Source: a virus
Lineage: Duplodnaviria; Caudoviricetes
IMG/VR virus record: IMGVR_UViG_3300032216_001965
Location: 1 to 64,000 of that record
Reading direction: 5' to 3' (one strand)
DNA length: 64,000 nt
In this document: positions 39,298 to 49,368 of the stretch, in pieces
Numbering within the stretch: the first letter of the stretch is position 1
How the letters are laid out: every line of letters begins with the position of its first letter
Notes under the pieces: generated by a model
What the model saw: only the letters and a program-made list of their open reading frames with translations
What the model was told of the DNA's origin: nothing
Database searches by the model: none
Position numbers and translations under genes: made by a program

Positions 39298-39489
39298 ATG
39301 ATTAAATGTGATAGATGTAATAAAAGAATGTTTGTTGATAGACAGTATACTTCAGTTTCTCATTTAGAAACATACTGTATGTGTTGTGGATCTAGAAAAT
39401 TTTTTAATCCACCTGAGCAATCAAAAGAGGGGCGATGGCTACTAGAAAAGGAAAAATTGAGAGCGAAAACTACAATCTCTCCCCTATAA
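39298..39489 (+). CDS. Small Zn-ribbon protein
   Basis: CDRC...CMCC motif. Confidence 0.6.
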   Translation: MIKCDRCNKRMFVDRQYTSVSHLETYCMCCGSRKFFNPPEQSKEGRWLLEKEKLRAKTTISPL

Positions 39490-39977
39490 TTCCTGGTAAC
39501 AAAAAAGTTTGGTTTTTAAATGGTGATCTAGTTAGAGTTCATCACCTTAATAGATCTAATGGCATTATGTCTGTTTATAATATTACAAAAGATCAAATTG
39601 AAAGTTGTTTAATTAATGATTTTAAAAAAAATAGAGAACGAGCATATACAGTTGGCCAAACTGCTGATTTAGTTAATCGTCATAAAAAATATATGCCATC
39701 ACTAATGAAACGAGGAGTTATTCCTTTTCCTACTGGATCACAAAAAGGCGGAGCAAGAGGTTTTCAAGTAAGATCATACTACTCAGAATCCCAAGTAAGG
39801 GCGATACGTGATATACTTGCTACGTACCATATTGGAAGACCAAGAAAAGATAATTTAATAACCAATGATATTACGCCATCACCACAAGAGTTGACAAGAC
39901 GCATGGGCGACGGTATAATTACATATACAAGAACTGAAGATGGAAGATTTATCCCTATTTGGGGAGAATCTATTTAA
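39435..39977 (+). CDS. HTH DNA-binding protein (MerR/excisionase-like)
   Basis: AYTVGQTADLVNRHKKYMPSLMKRGVIP...RSYYSESQV; SD gagggg. Confidence 0.6.
   Translation: MATRKGKIESENYNLSPIIPGNKKVWFLNGDLVRVHHLNRSNGIMSVYNITKDQIESCLINDFKKNRERAYTVGQTADLVNRHKKYMPSLMKRGVIPFPTGSQKGGARGFQVRSYYSESQVRAIRDILATYHIGRPRKDNLITNDITPSPQELTRRMGDGIITYTRTEDGRFIPIWGESI
39891..39919 (+). promoter_or_regulatory. Consensus sigma70-type promoter TTGACA-N17-TATAAT inside the HTH gene
   Basis: Exact consensus hexamers with 17-bp spacer, upstream of the replication genes. Confidence 0.8.
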
Positions 39978-39995
39978 TAATAAAAGGGGTATGAA

Positions 39996-40202
39996 ATGCA
40001 AAACGAAGACACTAAAGTTGGAGTTACTTTGGGATATACACTTAATCTTGGTAACTTTCAATCACTAAGGATTGATCTTAATGTAATTGATTCTAAGCGT
40101 GAAGGTGAAAATACAAACGATGCTTTTGAGCGTGTTTACAAGTTTGTAGAAGATAAGTTAACTGAAAAAATTAATGAAGCAAAGTCTGAAATAGCAGAAT
40201 AA
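39996..40202 (+). CDS. Hypothetical protein (replication module)
   Basis: 68-aa ORF, SD aagggg, coupled to the next gene. Confidence 0.7.
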   Translation: MQNEDTKVGVTLGYTLNLGNFQSLRIDLNVIDSKREGENTNDAFERVYKFVEDKLTEKINEAKSEIAE

Positions 40203-40510
40203 TGGCAGAACGCAAAGACCGAATGGCTTTGCTTTCACGCTATAGCAAGTTTCATACTGCAAGATATGAGCAAAAGCCATCTTTAAATTTAAATGTAGAA
40301 CAATGGGCTTCAGATGCCCTTATTGAGTCATATGGTATATCACAGTGCTATGATATTCTTGATTACTACTTTAGTGTTGCTCAGTCTCCCTCTTGGAATT
40401 ACTTTGCATATAATGCAGAAAAAATATTACAAGCAAGATTAGATAAACAGCAGGACGATAAAGAGAGAGCAGAAAGAAGAAGAATGGCTAAGGAGTGGTT
40501 GAGTGAATAA
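40202..40510 (+). CDS. Hypothetical protein, possible helicase loader/partner
   Basis: Overlaps the DnaB start. Confidence 0.55.
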   Translation: MAERKDRMALLSRYSKFHTARYEQKPSLNLNVEQWASDALIESYGISQCYDILDYYFSVAQSPSWNYFAYNAEKILQARLDKQQDDKERAERRRMAKEWLSE

Positions 40511-41723
40511 TACAGAAGCAAAATTAATCACAGCAGTTCTTGAAGACAAACAAGTTCATGTTCTTCTTCAAGCAAATATAGATAATCTTCTTAGAACTCA
40601 TAATGATGTATGGAATTTTATAAGAAATTATTTTGAGCATAACTCTGCAGTTCCTTTAGTATCTTTAGTTGTTGAAAAATTTAGAGATTTTGAACCTATT
40701 CAAGGTGTGGGTGCAACTAAGTACCATTTAGAAGAACTTCAAACAGAATATTTAAATGATAGCCTAAAAGATATTCTTCGTTCTGCTGCTACAGATGTTC
40801 AACATGGTGAAGGAGTAAAGGCTTTAGACTCATTAATTACACAAACATCAGAATTAAAAAAGAACACATCTGCAATTCGTGATATTGATGTAACAGATCT
40901 TGAATCTGCAATTGCATACTTTGAAAATATGAAAGAGCAGCAGGCACTTGGCAAGGTTGGAATTAAAACTAATCTGCCAGGATTTGACAACTATCTTCCA
41001 GCAGGAATTATGCCAGGTCAACTAGGAGTCTTTTTAGCATACCCAGGTATAGGAAAGTCGTGGATGGCTCTATACTTTGCTGTACAGGCCTGGAAGCAGG
41101 GTAAAACACCCCTTGTAATATCCCTTGAGATGTCAGAAACAGAAGTGCGTAATCGTGTATTCACAATTATGGGTGAGGGTATTTGGTCTCATAGAAAAAT
41201 TTCAAATGGTGAGATTGAAATAGATATGTTGAAGCAGTGGCATGCAAAGCATTTACAAGGTAAGCCTGAGTTTCATATCATTTCAAATGACCAAGGTGGA
41301 GAAATTAATCCTTCAGTTCTTCGTGGAAAGATTGACCAGTACAAGCCAGACTTTGTAATCGTTGACTATCTTCAATTGATGGCTCCCAATCAGAAGTCAG
41401 ATAACGAAACGGTACGAATGAAAAACCTTTCAAGAGAACTTAAACTTATGGCTATTGGTGAAGAGGTTCCAATTATTGCTATCTCGTCTGCTACACCAGA
41501 CGATGTTAATGATCTTTCTACGGTACCTACATTGGGTCAAACAGCATGGTCTAGACAGATTGCATATGATGCAGACTGGGTTATTGCCCTTGGTCGTGCT
41601 ACAAATAGTGATGTTATTGAATGTGCTTTTAGAAAAAATCGTCATGGATTTATGGGAGATTTTCTTGTACAGGTAGATTTTGATAAAGGATACTATAGAT
41701 ATAAAGATTTTGAAGATAAGTAG
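40503..41723 (+). CDS. dnaB: DnaB-like replicative helicase
   Basis: Walker A AYPGIGKS, ISLEMS, VIVDYLQL, IAYDADWV, KNRHG. Confidence 0.93.
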   Translation: MNNTEAKLITAVLEDKQVHVLLQANIDNLLRTHNDVWNFIRNYFEHNSAVPLVSLVVEKFRDFEPIQGVGATKYHLEELQTEYLNDSLKDILRSAATDVQHGEGVKALDSLITQTSELKKNTSAIRDIDVTDLESAIAYFENMKEQQALGKVGIKTNLPGFDNYLPAGIMPGQLGVFLAYPGIGKSWMALYFAVQAWKQGKTPLVISLEMSETEVRNRVFTIMGEGIWSHRKISNGEIEIDMLKQWHAKHLQGKPEFHIISNDQGGEINPSVLRGKIDQYKPDFVIVDYLQLMAPNQKSDNETVRMKNLSRELKLMAIGEEVPIIAISSATPDDVNDLSTVPTLGQTAWSRQIAYDADWVIALGRATNSDVIECAFRKNRHGFMGDFLVQVDFDKGYYRYKDFEDK

Positions 41724-41735
41724 TTATAATATGAT

Positions 41736-42062
41736 ATGTCAAATTTTCACCATAAGACAATTAAAAGATTTAGTTTGGATGGAATCATCCATGATGAATC
41801 TGCACTTGGTAGACTAAAAGGTGAATACACTAGGTTACTTGTTTCAGAGATGCGTCTCTGTGGATATGTACCAAGAATTGACATTGATCCAGATTTTACT
41901 ATAGACTATAATGAAAAAAAAGAATATTTTGAATTTGAAATATCAATACATGGCGTATACGCAGGGAAAAGGAAAAGCGAATGGATAGCAGGGATAGACG
42001 GAACAAAACCAATATATATACAAAAGAACAAATTAAAAGAATTCTTGAAGGAACAGGTATAA
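41736..42062 (+). CDS. Hypothetical protein
   Basis: 108-aa ORF; TATAAT at 41725-41730 suggests a leaderless start. Confidence 0.65.
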   Translation: MSNFHHKTIKRFSLDGIIHDESALGRLKGEYTRLLVSEMRLCGYVPRIDIDPDFTIDYNEKKEYFEFEISIHGVYAGKRKSEWIAGIDGTKPIYIQKNKLKEFLKEQV

Positions 42063-42925
42063 CTATAGAGTCTGAAGTTGATTCAGACTATATTATTTTT
42101 TGTCCATTTCATAACAATAATAGAACTCCTGCTGGAGAAATTGATAAGAATAATGGAACCTTTTTTTGTTTTTCTTGTCACCATGTTGCAGACCTTGTAG
42201 AATTTGTAATGCATACCTCTGGAAGATCTTATTTTGAGTCTATTAGATTTATTAAAACAAAAGAAACTCAACAAGATCTGGAGCGTGATATCAATCAAAA
42301 ACTTGTTACAAAACCAGAGTTTGTTACCTTTGATGAATTAATCATTAAGCGTTTGTATAATGGATTGCTTGCATCAGATAGGGCAAAAGACTATTTTAAA
42401 TATCGTAAAATTTTTACATCTTCTTGGTCTAAGTTTTCTCTTGGTTATTCAGAGAAACAGGACATGGTAACAGTTCCAGTGCATAGTCCAGATGGAATTT
42501 CAGTTGGTTTTGTTGGTAGATCTATTGAAGGAAAAGAATTTAAAAATACTCCAGGATTGCCAAAAGCAAAAACATTATTTAATTTAAATCGTGTAAAGAC
42601 TGCAGATAAAGTTTATGTTGTTGAGTCTTCGTTTGATGCTATTCGTTTAGACCAACTAGGATTTCCAGCAGTTGCTACACTTGGATCCAATGTATCAAAC
42701 CTGCAAATAGAATTGCTTCAAAAATATTTCAATAATATTATTGTTATTGCAGATAATGATGAAGCGGGAGGAAATATGAAAACTAAGATAATTGAAAAAC
42801 TTGGATCTCGTGTTTCCGTTATACAATTAAATAAAGAATATAAAGATATTGGGGATATGTCAGATGAAGATATAAAAAAATTGGAAGTCTCATTTGACAA
42901 AGACATTATCTCTATGCTAAACTAA
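41981..42925 (+). CDS. dnaG: DNA primase (Zn finger plus TOPRIM)
   Basis: CPFH...CFSC; YVVESSFDAI; IADNDEAG; KDIGD. Confidence 0.9.
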   Translation: MDSRDRRNKTNIYTKEQIKRILEGTGITIESEVDSDYIIFCPFHNNNRTPAGEIDKNNGTFFCFSCHHVADLVEFVMHTSGRSYFESIRFIKTKETQQDLERDINQKLVTKPEFVTFDELIIKRLYNGLLASDRAKDYFKYRKIFTSSWSKFSLGYSEKQDMVTVPVHSPDGISVGFVGRSIEGKEFKNTPGLPKAKTLFNLNRVKTADKVYVVESSFDAIRLDQLGFPAVATLGSNVSNLQIELLQKYFNNIIVIADNDEAGGNMKTKIIEKLGSRVSVIQLNKEYKDIGDMSDEDIKKLEVSFDKDIISMLN

Positions 42926-42948
42926 TATAACAAACAAAGGAGAAATAT

Positions 42949-43602
42949 ATGAGCGTAATTAAGGGATTAAAAGATATAAACGCCCTGCTCGAAAAACCAA
43001 AGTATGAAGGAACAGGACAAAAAGTTCGTTGGGTTAAGTTGGCTGACGGACAATCAGGAAAAGTTCGTTTTGTTGAAGAACTGGACCAGGACTCAGCAAA
43101 CTATTCAGAAGCCCGTGGCCTTTCTGTAGTAGTTTCAGAACACACAAATCCAAAAGATTATAAGCGTAAGGCTGCTTGTACACAAGAATCAGAAGGTCGT
43201 TGTTTTGGTTGCGAAATGGCACGTAAAGAACCAAAGTCAGGTTGGAGAGCAAGACTTCGTTTTTACTGCAATGTACTAATCAACGATGGACTTGAAGATC
43301 CATATATTGCTGTTTGGTCACAAGGAATTTCAAAGCAATCAGCATTTAATAATATTCGTGAGTATGCGCTTGATACAGGTAGTATCTCAAACCTTGAGTG
43401 GAAGTTAAAGCGTAACGGTCAGGGAACTGAAACTAATTACACGCTTCTACCATCAAAACCAGATGCAGAGCCATTCAATTGGGACGGCTTTGAATTCTTC
43501 AACCTAGAAAAGGTTGTTCGTGAAGTTCCATATCCAGAGCAAGAAGCGTTCTACTTTGGATTTGACACACCTTCTGTTACCAGCACCAACATCGACTGGT
43601 AA
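42949..43602 (+). CDS. Single-stranded DNA-binding protein (gp32-like)
   Basis: Zn-ligand H/C motif (EHTN...AACT...CFGC), KLKRNGQGTETNY, acidic aromatic tail; between primase and polymerase. Confidence 0.7.
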   Translation: MSVIKGLKDINALLEKPKYEGTGQKVRWVKLADGQSGKVRFVEELDQDSANYSEARGLSVVVSEHTNPKDYKRKAACTQESEGRCFGCEMARKEPKSGWRARLRFYCNVLINDGLEDPYIAVWSQGISKQSAFNNIREYALDTGSISNLEWKLKRNGQGTETNYTLLPSKPDAEPFNWDGFEFFNLEKVVREVPYPEQEAFYFGFDTPSVTSTNIDW

Positions 43603-43605
43603 TAG

Positions 43606-46600
43606 ATGTCTTACGTAGGCTTACACGTACATACTCATTACTCGTTATTTGACGGGATTGCTACTCCAGAAGAATACATTGACCGTGCAGTTGAGTTAGG
43701 GATGCCAGCAATTGCCATCACTGACCACGGTACTTTATCTGGGCATAGGGAACTGCACCGTATTGCAAAAGCAAAGGGTATTAAGCCTATACTTGGCGTA
43801 GAAGGCTATATGTGTAAAGATAGATTTGATACTAGAGATAAGTCTGAAAGAGACGGAGATCTAGATCTAGTTTATAACCATATAGTACTTCTCGCCAAGA
43901 ACCAAATTGGTTTAGAGAATTTAAATAAGATTAGTGAGATATCTTGGACAGAAGGATACTTTAAAAAGCCAAGGTTTGATTTTGAAATTCTTGAAAAGTA
44001 TTCTGAAGGAATTATAGTAACATCTGCATGTCCAAGTAGTGTATTGGTAAAAGCACTTGAAAATAATGAATTTGCTATAGCAAAAGATTATATTCAATGG
44101 TTTAAGCGTGTTTTTAATGATGACTATTATATTGAGGTCATGCCCCATAATGAAGCAGAGATAAATAAACAACTAATTCAATTGGCAGATGAGTTTGGTG
44201 TAAAGGTTGTTGTAACTCCAGACTGTCATCATAGTTCTACTGATCAAAAAGAGATTCAAGAGTTTAAGTTGCTACTTAATACACATGTTAAGATTGACAA
44301 AGAGCACACTTTTGAAAAATCTAAAAAGCAGCCAGACATGATGAAAAGGCTTGATTATCTTTATGGTGAAGACCGTCAAATAACATTTAACAAGTTTGAC
44401 ATTCATTTACTTTCTTATGAAGAAATGAAGACTGCTATGGAAGTACAAGGTATTGATCGTCCAGATATTTATGCAAATACTTTAGAGATTGCTGAAAAAG
44501 TTGTTGACTATGGAATTCAAGAAGGACTAGACCTACTTCCAGTACAATATAAAAATCCAGATAAAGAATTAAAAGAACTTGCACTTGCTGGATTAACTGA
44601 GCGTGGTGTAGATGGTCAAGATTATTTGGATAGACTTGATGAAGAGTTGCAAGTAATTAAAGATAAAAAGTTTGCTCCTTATTTTTTGGTTGTACGCAAT
44701 ATGATTGCATGGGCAAAAAAAGAAGAGATTATGGTAGGTCCTGGTCGTGGATCTGCAGCAGGTTCATTGTTATGTTACGCACTAAGAATTACTGATATTG
44801 ATCCAATTAAACATAAACTTTTGTTCTTCCGTTTTATTAATCCAGATCGAAATGACTTTCCAGATATTGATACAGATATTCAAGACTCTCGTCGTGAAGA
44901 GGTAAAGGATTATCTTGTTAGACAATATCGACATGTTGCATCTATTGCTACATTTCTTTCTTTTAAAGATAAGGGTGTGGTACGAGATGTTGCACGAGTT
45001 TTAAATATCCCACTTACTGATGTCAATAAGGTTCTTAAACTTGTTGATACATGGGATGAATATTGTACATCAAAAACAACACGAGAATTCCGTGATAAAT
45101 ATCCAGAAGTAGAAATTTATGGAGAACAACTTCGAGGTCGCATTAGAGGTACTGGTATTCACGCTGCTGGTGTTGTAACAAGTAAAGACCCTATTTTTAG
45201 GTACGCCCCAATGGAGACACGCTCTTCTACTGGCAGTGATGAGCGCATTCCTGTTGTTGCAGTTGACATGGAAGAGGCTGAAAAGATTGGCCTTATTAAG
45301 ATTGATGCACTTGGACTAAAAACTCTTTCAGTTCTTAAAGACACACTTGATATTATTGAAGAAAGAAATAAAAAGAAGATTGACCTTCTTAATATTGATA
45401 TGGATGACAAGAATGTTTATCAAATGCTTTCAGATGGATATACAAAGGGTGTATTCCAGTGTGAAGCAGCACCATACACAAATTTGCTAATTAAAATGGG
45501 TGTAAAAAATCTTTCAGAACTTGCTGCTTCAAATGCTCTAGTTCGTCCAGGTGCAATGAATACAATTGGTAAAGATTATATTGAGCGTAAACATGGTCGT
45601 CAAAACATTGGGTATACTCACCAAGTACTAAAAGAGTTTACGGAGGAAACATATGGTTGTATTCTTTACCAGGAACAAGTTATGCAAGCATGCGTATCGC
45701 TTGGCGGTATGTCCATGTCGGAAGCAGATAAAGTTAGAAAGATCATTGGAAAGAAAAAAGATGCTAAAGAATTTGATCAGTTTAAGGAAAAGTTTGTAGA
45801 GGGTGCATCAAAGTTTGTCTCACCAAATATGGCTAAAGATCTTTGGCATGACTTTGAGGCTCATGCAGGGTACTCATTTAATAAGTCTCATGCAGTAGCA
45901 TACTCAACGCTATCATACTGGACAGCATGGCTTAAGTATCACTACCCACTAGAGTTTATGTACTCACTACTAAAGAATGAAAAGGATAAAGATGCAAGAA
46001 CTGAATACCTTATTGAGGCAAAAAGAATGGGGATTAGCATTAAACTACCTCACATTAATGACTCAGATATTGATTTTAAGATTGAAGGCAAAGGCATTAG
46101 ATTTGGCCTTACTGCTATTAAATATATTTCCGATAAAATTGCAGAGCGTTACATTTCTGCAAGACCTTTCTCATCGTATGCTCAACTTGAAGAGTTTACT
46201 TTTACTAAAGGAAATGGAGTTAACTCTCGTGCTCTTCAAGCATTACGAGTTATCGGTGCAGCGACATTTAATGATAATGCAAGAAATGAAGAAGAGATTA
46301 AGCAAAATCTCTACGAATATCTAAATCTACCAGAATTTAATATTACCGTTCCATCTCATTATTATGGTTTTATCACAGAGGCTCAAGACTATGAAGAAAA
46401 AGGTTCGTTGATTGTAATGGGTATGGTAAAATCTATTAAAAGAGCAAAAGGTTGGTCAAGAGTAGAAGTACTTGATAAAACAGGAAGTGTAGGAATTTTT
46501 GATGATGAGCAAACAACCATTGAGGCAGGTTTATCATATATCATTCTTGTTAATGATAATAGGATTCTTTCTGCTATCCCTATCGATCAAATAAAAACAT

Positions 46601-46878
46601 CAACATCTGGTCTTATTAAGTTTTTAAATTACAAACAATTACCATATAAAGATAATGAGATGTTTGTTTTGTCATTTAAACCAAGAATTACAAAGACTGG
46701 AAAAAAGATGGCATCTTTAACAGTTGCAGATACAGCAAGAGATTTACACTCTATTACAGTTTTTCCAACTTCATTTGCAAAAGCATATATGAAAATTGAA
46801 GAAGGAAATGCATATAATTTTAGTTTAGGAAAAACAAAAGATGGAACCGTTATATTGGAGGATATAAATGTCAGTTAG
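43606..46878 (+). CDS. dnaE: DNA polymerase III alpha subunit
   Basis: PHP HVHTHYSLFDG/ITDHG; GPGRGSAAGS; PDIDTD; GIHAAGVV; YSFNKSHAVAY. Confidence 0.96.
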   Translation: MSYVGLHVHTHYSLFDGIATPEEYIDRAVELGMPAIAITDHGTLSGHRELHRIAKAKGIKPILGVEGYMCKDRFDTRDKSERDGDLDLVYNHIVLLAKNQIGLENLNKISEISWTEGYFKKPRFDFEILEKYSEGIIVTSACPSSVLVKALENNEFAIAKDYIQWFKRVFNDDYYIEVMPHNEAEINKQLIQLADEFGVKVVVTPDCHHSSTDQKEIQEFKLLLNTHVKIDKEHTFEKSKKQPDMMKRLDYLYGEDRQITFNKFDIHLLSYEEMKTAMEVQGIDRPDIYANTLEIAEKVVDYGIQEGLDLLPVQYKNPDKELKELALAGLTERGVDGQDYLDRLDEELQVIKDKKFAPYFLVVRNMIAWAKKEEIMVGPGRGSAAGSLLCYALRITDIDPIKHKLLFFRFINPDRNDFPDIDTDIQDSRREEVKDYLVRQYRHVASIATFLSFKDKGVVRDVARVLNIPLTDVNKVLKLVDTWDEYCTSKTTREFRDKYPEVEIYGEQLRGRIRGTGIHAAGVVTSKDPIFRYAPMETRSSTGSDERIPVVAVDMEEAEKIGLIKIDALGLKTLSVLKDTLDIIEERNKKKIDLLNIDMDDKNVYQMLSDGYTKGVFQCEAAPYTNLLIKMGVKNLSELAASNALVRPGAMNTIGKDYIERKHGRQNIGYTHQVLKEFTEETYGCILYQEQVMQACVSLGGMSMSEADKVRKIIGKKKDAKEFDQFKEKFVEGASKFVSPNMAKDLWHDFEAHAGYSFNKSHAVAYSTLSYWTAWLKYHYPLEFMYSLLKNEKDKDARTEYLIEAKRMGISIKLPHINDSDIDFKIEGKGIRFGLTAIKYISDKIAERYISARPFSSYAQLEEFTFTKGNGVNSRALQALRVIGAATFNDNARNEEEIKQNLYEYLNLPEFNITVPSHYYGFITEAQDYEEKGSLIVMGMVKSIKRAKGWSRVEVLDKTGSVGIFDDEQTTIEAGLSYIILVNDNRILSAIPIDQIKTSTSGLIKFLNYKQLPYKDNEMFVLSFKPRITKTGKKMASLTVADTARDLHSITVFPTSFAKAYMKIEEGNAYNFSLGKTKDGTVILEDINVS

Positions 46879-47878
46879 TGTTGAAGAGGCAATGGCTCAA
46901 CTTGATCCAAAGTTAAGAAAAAAACTAGGAACAGGAGTAGGAGTAAACTATGAATACCAGCCTACCCCAAGTTATGGTTTAAACCGTGCTCTAGGAGGTG
47001 GACTTCCTTATGGTAGACAAGTTCTTATCTGGGGTTCAAAGTCATCTGCAAAGTCCTCTATGTGCCTTCAAATGATTGCCCTAGCACAAGCAGAGGGAAA
47101 GTTGTGTGCCTGGATTGATTCAGAGATGTCATACTCCGAGGATTGGGCTAGGTCTTTAGGGGTAGATCCAGAAAAACTTATTTACTCACAAGCAAGAACT
47201 ATCAGTGATATGGTAGATGTTGGTGTGGGCTTGATGAATGCAGGAGTTGATTTAATAGTGGTAGACTCTATTACATCAATGCTTCCTGCAATTTATTTTG
47301 AAAAGGATACTAATGAAATGAAGGCTTTAGAAAATACAAAACAGATTGGAGCAGAATCTCGTGACTTTAGTAACGCATGGAAAATGCTTAACTATGCAAA
47401 CAATAAAGTTAAGCCAACTTTGCTTGTTCTTATTTCTCAGTCTCGTAACAATATTAATGCTATGTATACTAGTCAGCAGCCTTCTGGTGGTCAGGCTACT
47501 AAGTTTTATTCCTCATGTATTGTTAAACTCTTTTCTTCAGAGTCGGACAATCAAGCGATTAAAGGAAAGATTAAAGTGGGAGATAAACTAATTGAAGAAA
47601 AAATTGGAAGAACTATTAGATGGGAATTACAGTTCTCAAAAACCTCTCCAGGGTTTCAATCTGGTGAGTATGATTTTTATTTTAGAGGTGATGATATTGG
47701 TCTTGATACCATCGGGGACTTGGTTACTACAGCAGAATTAAACGGTATTGTAGAACGCACAGGTGCTTGGTACATACTTCCTGATGGCACAAAAGTTCAG
47801 GGCAAAGAAGCATTTGTTAATAGAGTAAGAGAGGATCTTGATTTGCAAGAGTCTATCAAGAAAAAACTAAGTGCCTAA
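46868..47878 (+). CDS. recA: RecA-like recombinase
   Basis: LNRALGGGLPYGR, AWIDSE, LIVVDSI, GGQATKFYS, GAWY. Confidence 0.92.
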   Translation: MSVSVEEAMAQLDPKLRKKLGTGVGVNYEYQPTPSYGLNRALGGGLPYGRQVLIWGSKSSAKSSMCLQMIALAQAEGKLCAWIDSEMSYSEDWARSLGVDPEKLIYSQARTISDMVDVGVGLMNAGVDLIVVDSITSMLPAIYFEKDTNEMKALENTKQIGAESRDFSNAWKMLNYANNKVKPTLLVLISQSRNNINAMYTSQQPSGGQATKFYSSCIVKLFSSESDNQAIKGKIKVGDKLIEEKIGRTIRWELQFSKTSPGFQSGEYDFYFRGDDIGLDTIGDLVTTAELNGIVERTGAWYILPDGTKVQGKEAFVNRVREDLDLQESIKKKLSA

Positions 47879-48047
47879 CTACACAGTTTATTCTGGATTA
47901 TTTTTATGTCAAACATGTAAAATAGAGGTAAAGTCATTAAGATTGTATGCAGATACAAAAACTATGACATGGATGTGCAAAGATAAACACATCAGTACTA
48001 TTAATTTAGGTAAAAGAAAGAAGAGTGATTTTGACAGAGAAAAGTGA
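47871..48047 (+). CDS. Small Zn-binding protein (58 aa, absent from ORF track)
   Basis: Manual translation from GTG: MPNYTVYSGLFLCQTCKIEVKSLRLYADTKTMTWMCKDKHISTINLGKRKKSDFDREK; CxxC...CxxxH; fills the gap between neighbours. Confidence 0.7.
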   Translation: MPNYTVYSGLFLCQTCKIEVKSLRLYADTKTMTWMCKDKHISTINLGKRKKSDFDREK

Positions 48048-48318
48048 GTCTAAGAGAATAGGTGCTAAACAGCATAAAAACTCTGGAAGAAATACTCAAA
48101 AGGGGGATGCTTCTTGGAAAAATTTTGTTGTAGACTTTAAAGAAGTTGGAAAATCTTTTACATTAAATAAAGAGGTTTGGGCAAAGGCTACAACTGATGC
48201 CATAAAAAATAGTAAAGATCCAGCCATCGTTGTGGTGCTCGGCGAAGGGAACTCTAAGGTAAGACTTGCTATAATTGAGATGAGTCTGTTGGAGCAATTT
48301 TTAGAGGATAGTGTATAA
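48031..48318 (+). CDS. Hjc-like PD-(D/E)XK Holliday junction resolvase
   Basis: ESKRIGAKQHKNSGR...GD...VDFKE motif; start uncertain (48025 GTG or 48031 TTG). Confidence 0.6.
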   Translation: MTEKSESKRIGAKQHKNSGRNTQKGDASWKNFVVDFKEVGKSFTLNKEVWAKATTDAIKNSKDPAIVVVLGEGNSKVRLAIIEMSLLEQFLEDSV

Positions 48319-48325
48319 TAATAAT

Positions 48326-49009
48326 ATGAGTACAGGATATGAGCCAAAAATTAAAGTAGTTCCACATGTTATAAAAAATTTTTTTACCGCTGAAGAAGTC
48401 GAAGTGCTTCTTGCAATAGTAAAATATCAAAAAAATGCCAAAGATTTAGATGAATTTTTTGCCCCATTAATTTTGCCACAAATGGCAAGGATGCAAATAG
48501 AAGTAATGTACCCAGAACATATACGAAGAAAACTTGAAAAATTTGCTTCAAAAATGGTCGGGGAAGAAGTATTTATGTTTCACAACAGTTACTTGGATTA
48601 TAGTTTAGAGCATAATCCAGATGTAAATCCAAAATTACCAGTTCATTATGATTCAGATAATTATTTTACTAAACTTACAATGGACTATCAGTTAGATGCT
48701 AACATAGATTGGCCAATAGTAATTGAGGGTGAAAGTTTTAATCTTCAGTATGGAGACCTGCTTGTATTTTGGGGTGCAGGTCAAGTTCATTGGAGAGAGC
48801 CAGTAAAATTTAAAAAAAGAGATAGAACTGAAGTTCTAACTATGCATTTTTCAAAAAAAGAAGATTTTGAACAACTAAATCTTGCTGCTAGAGCACCAGA
48901 AAAAAGAAAAGAAAGACTTGATTTGTGGAGATCAGATCCAAAATTTTTAAAGTATAATGACGATTTTTTTGCAAAAGAAGAATTAATAAATAAAAACAAA
49001 AACTTGTAA
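48326..49009 (+). CDS. 2OG-Fe(II) oxygenase-like protein
   Basis: LPVHYDSD (HxD)...GDLLVFWG...VHWREP (distal His, Arg); TATAAT at 48314-48319 favours ATG 48326. Confidence 0.7.
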   Translation: MSTGYEPKIKVVPHVIKNFFTAEEVEVLLAIVKYQKNAKDLDEFFAPLILPQMARMQIEVMYPEHIRRKLEKFASKMVGEEVFMFHNSYLDYSLEHNPDVNPKLPVHYDSDNYFTKLTMDYQLDANIDWPIVIEGESFNLQYGDLLVFWGAGQVHWREPVKFKKRDRTEVLTMHFSKKEDFEQLNLAARAPEKRKERLDLWRSDPKFLKYNDDFFAKEELINKNKNL

Positions 49010-49021
49010 AAGGAAGAATAA

Positions 49022-49327
49022 ATGCAAAACGAAAACACTACAATTGATATGGTAAATGGTCTTGCAGAGATTGCAGATTATATGGAAGATGAAGAATTAA
49101 CGGTTGCACTAACGATGATTGCTAAACTAATTATAAAACCAGATATTCCAATTAATGTTGCTCATGTAGAAATTGTTAGACTACAGGCAATAGCAGCAAA
49201 AATGGCTTTTAAAGCAACCTGGATGGCTAATGTTGATAAGTCTGATCGTGGAAAAAAGAATCTTTATTATACTGCAGCCGAATCAATTAACAATTTGGTT
49301 TCTGCACTTAAATACATAACACGCTAG
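49022..49327 (+). CDS. Hypothetical helical protein
   Basis: 101-aa ORF with SD aagga. Confidence 0.7.
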   Translation: MQNENTTIDMVNGLAEIADYMEDEELTVALTMIAKLIIKPDIPINVAHVEIVRLQAIAAKMAFKATWMANVDKSDRGKKNLYYTAAESINNLVSALKYITR

Positions 49328-49331
49328 ATTC

Positions 49332-49340
49332 TGCTATACT
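49332..49340 (+). promoter_or_regulatory. Extended -10 promoter (TGCTATACT)
   Basis: Intergenic, upstream of the Cas4-like gene. Confidence 0.6.
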
Positions 49341-49368
49341 TATAAGAATAGAAAAGAGTTTTAATATA

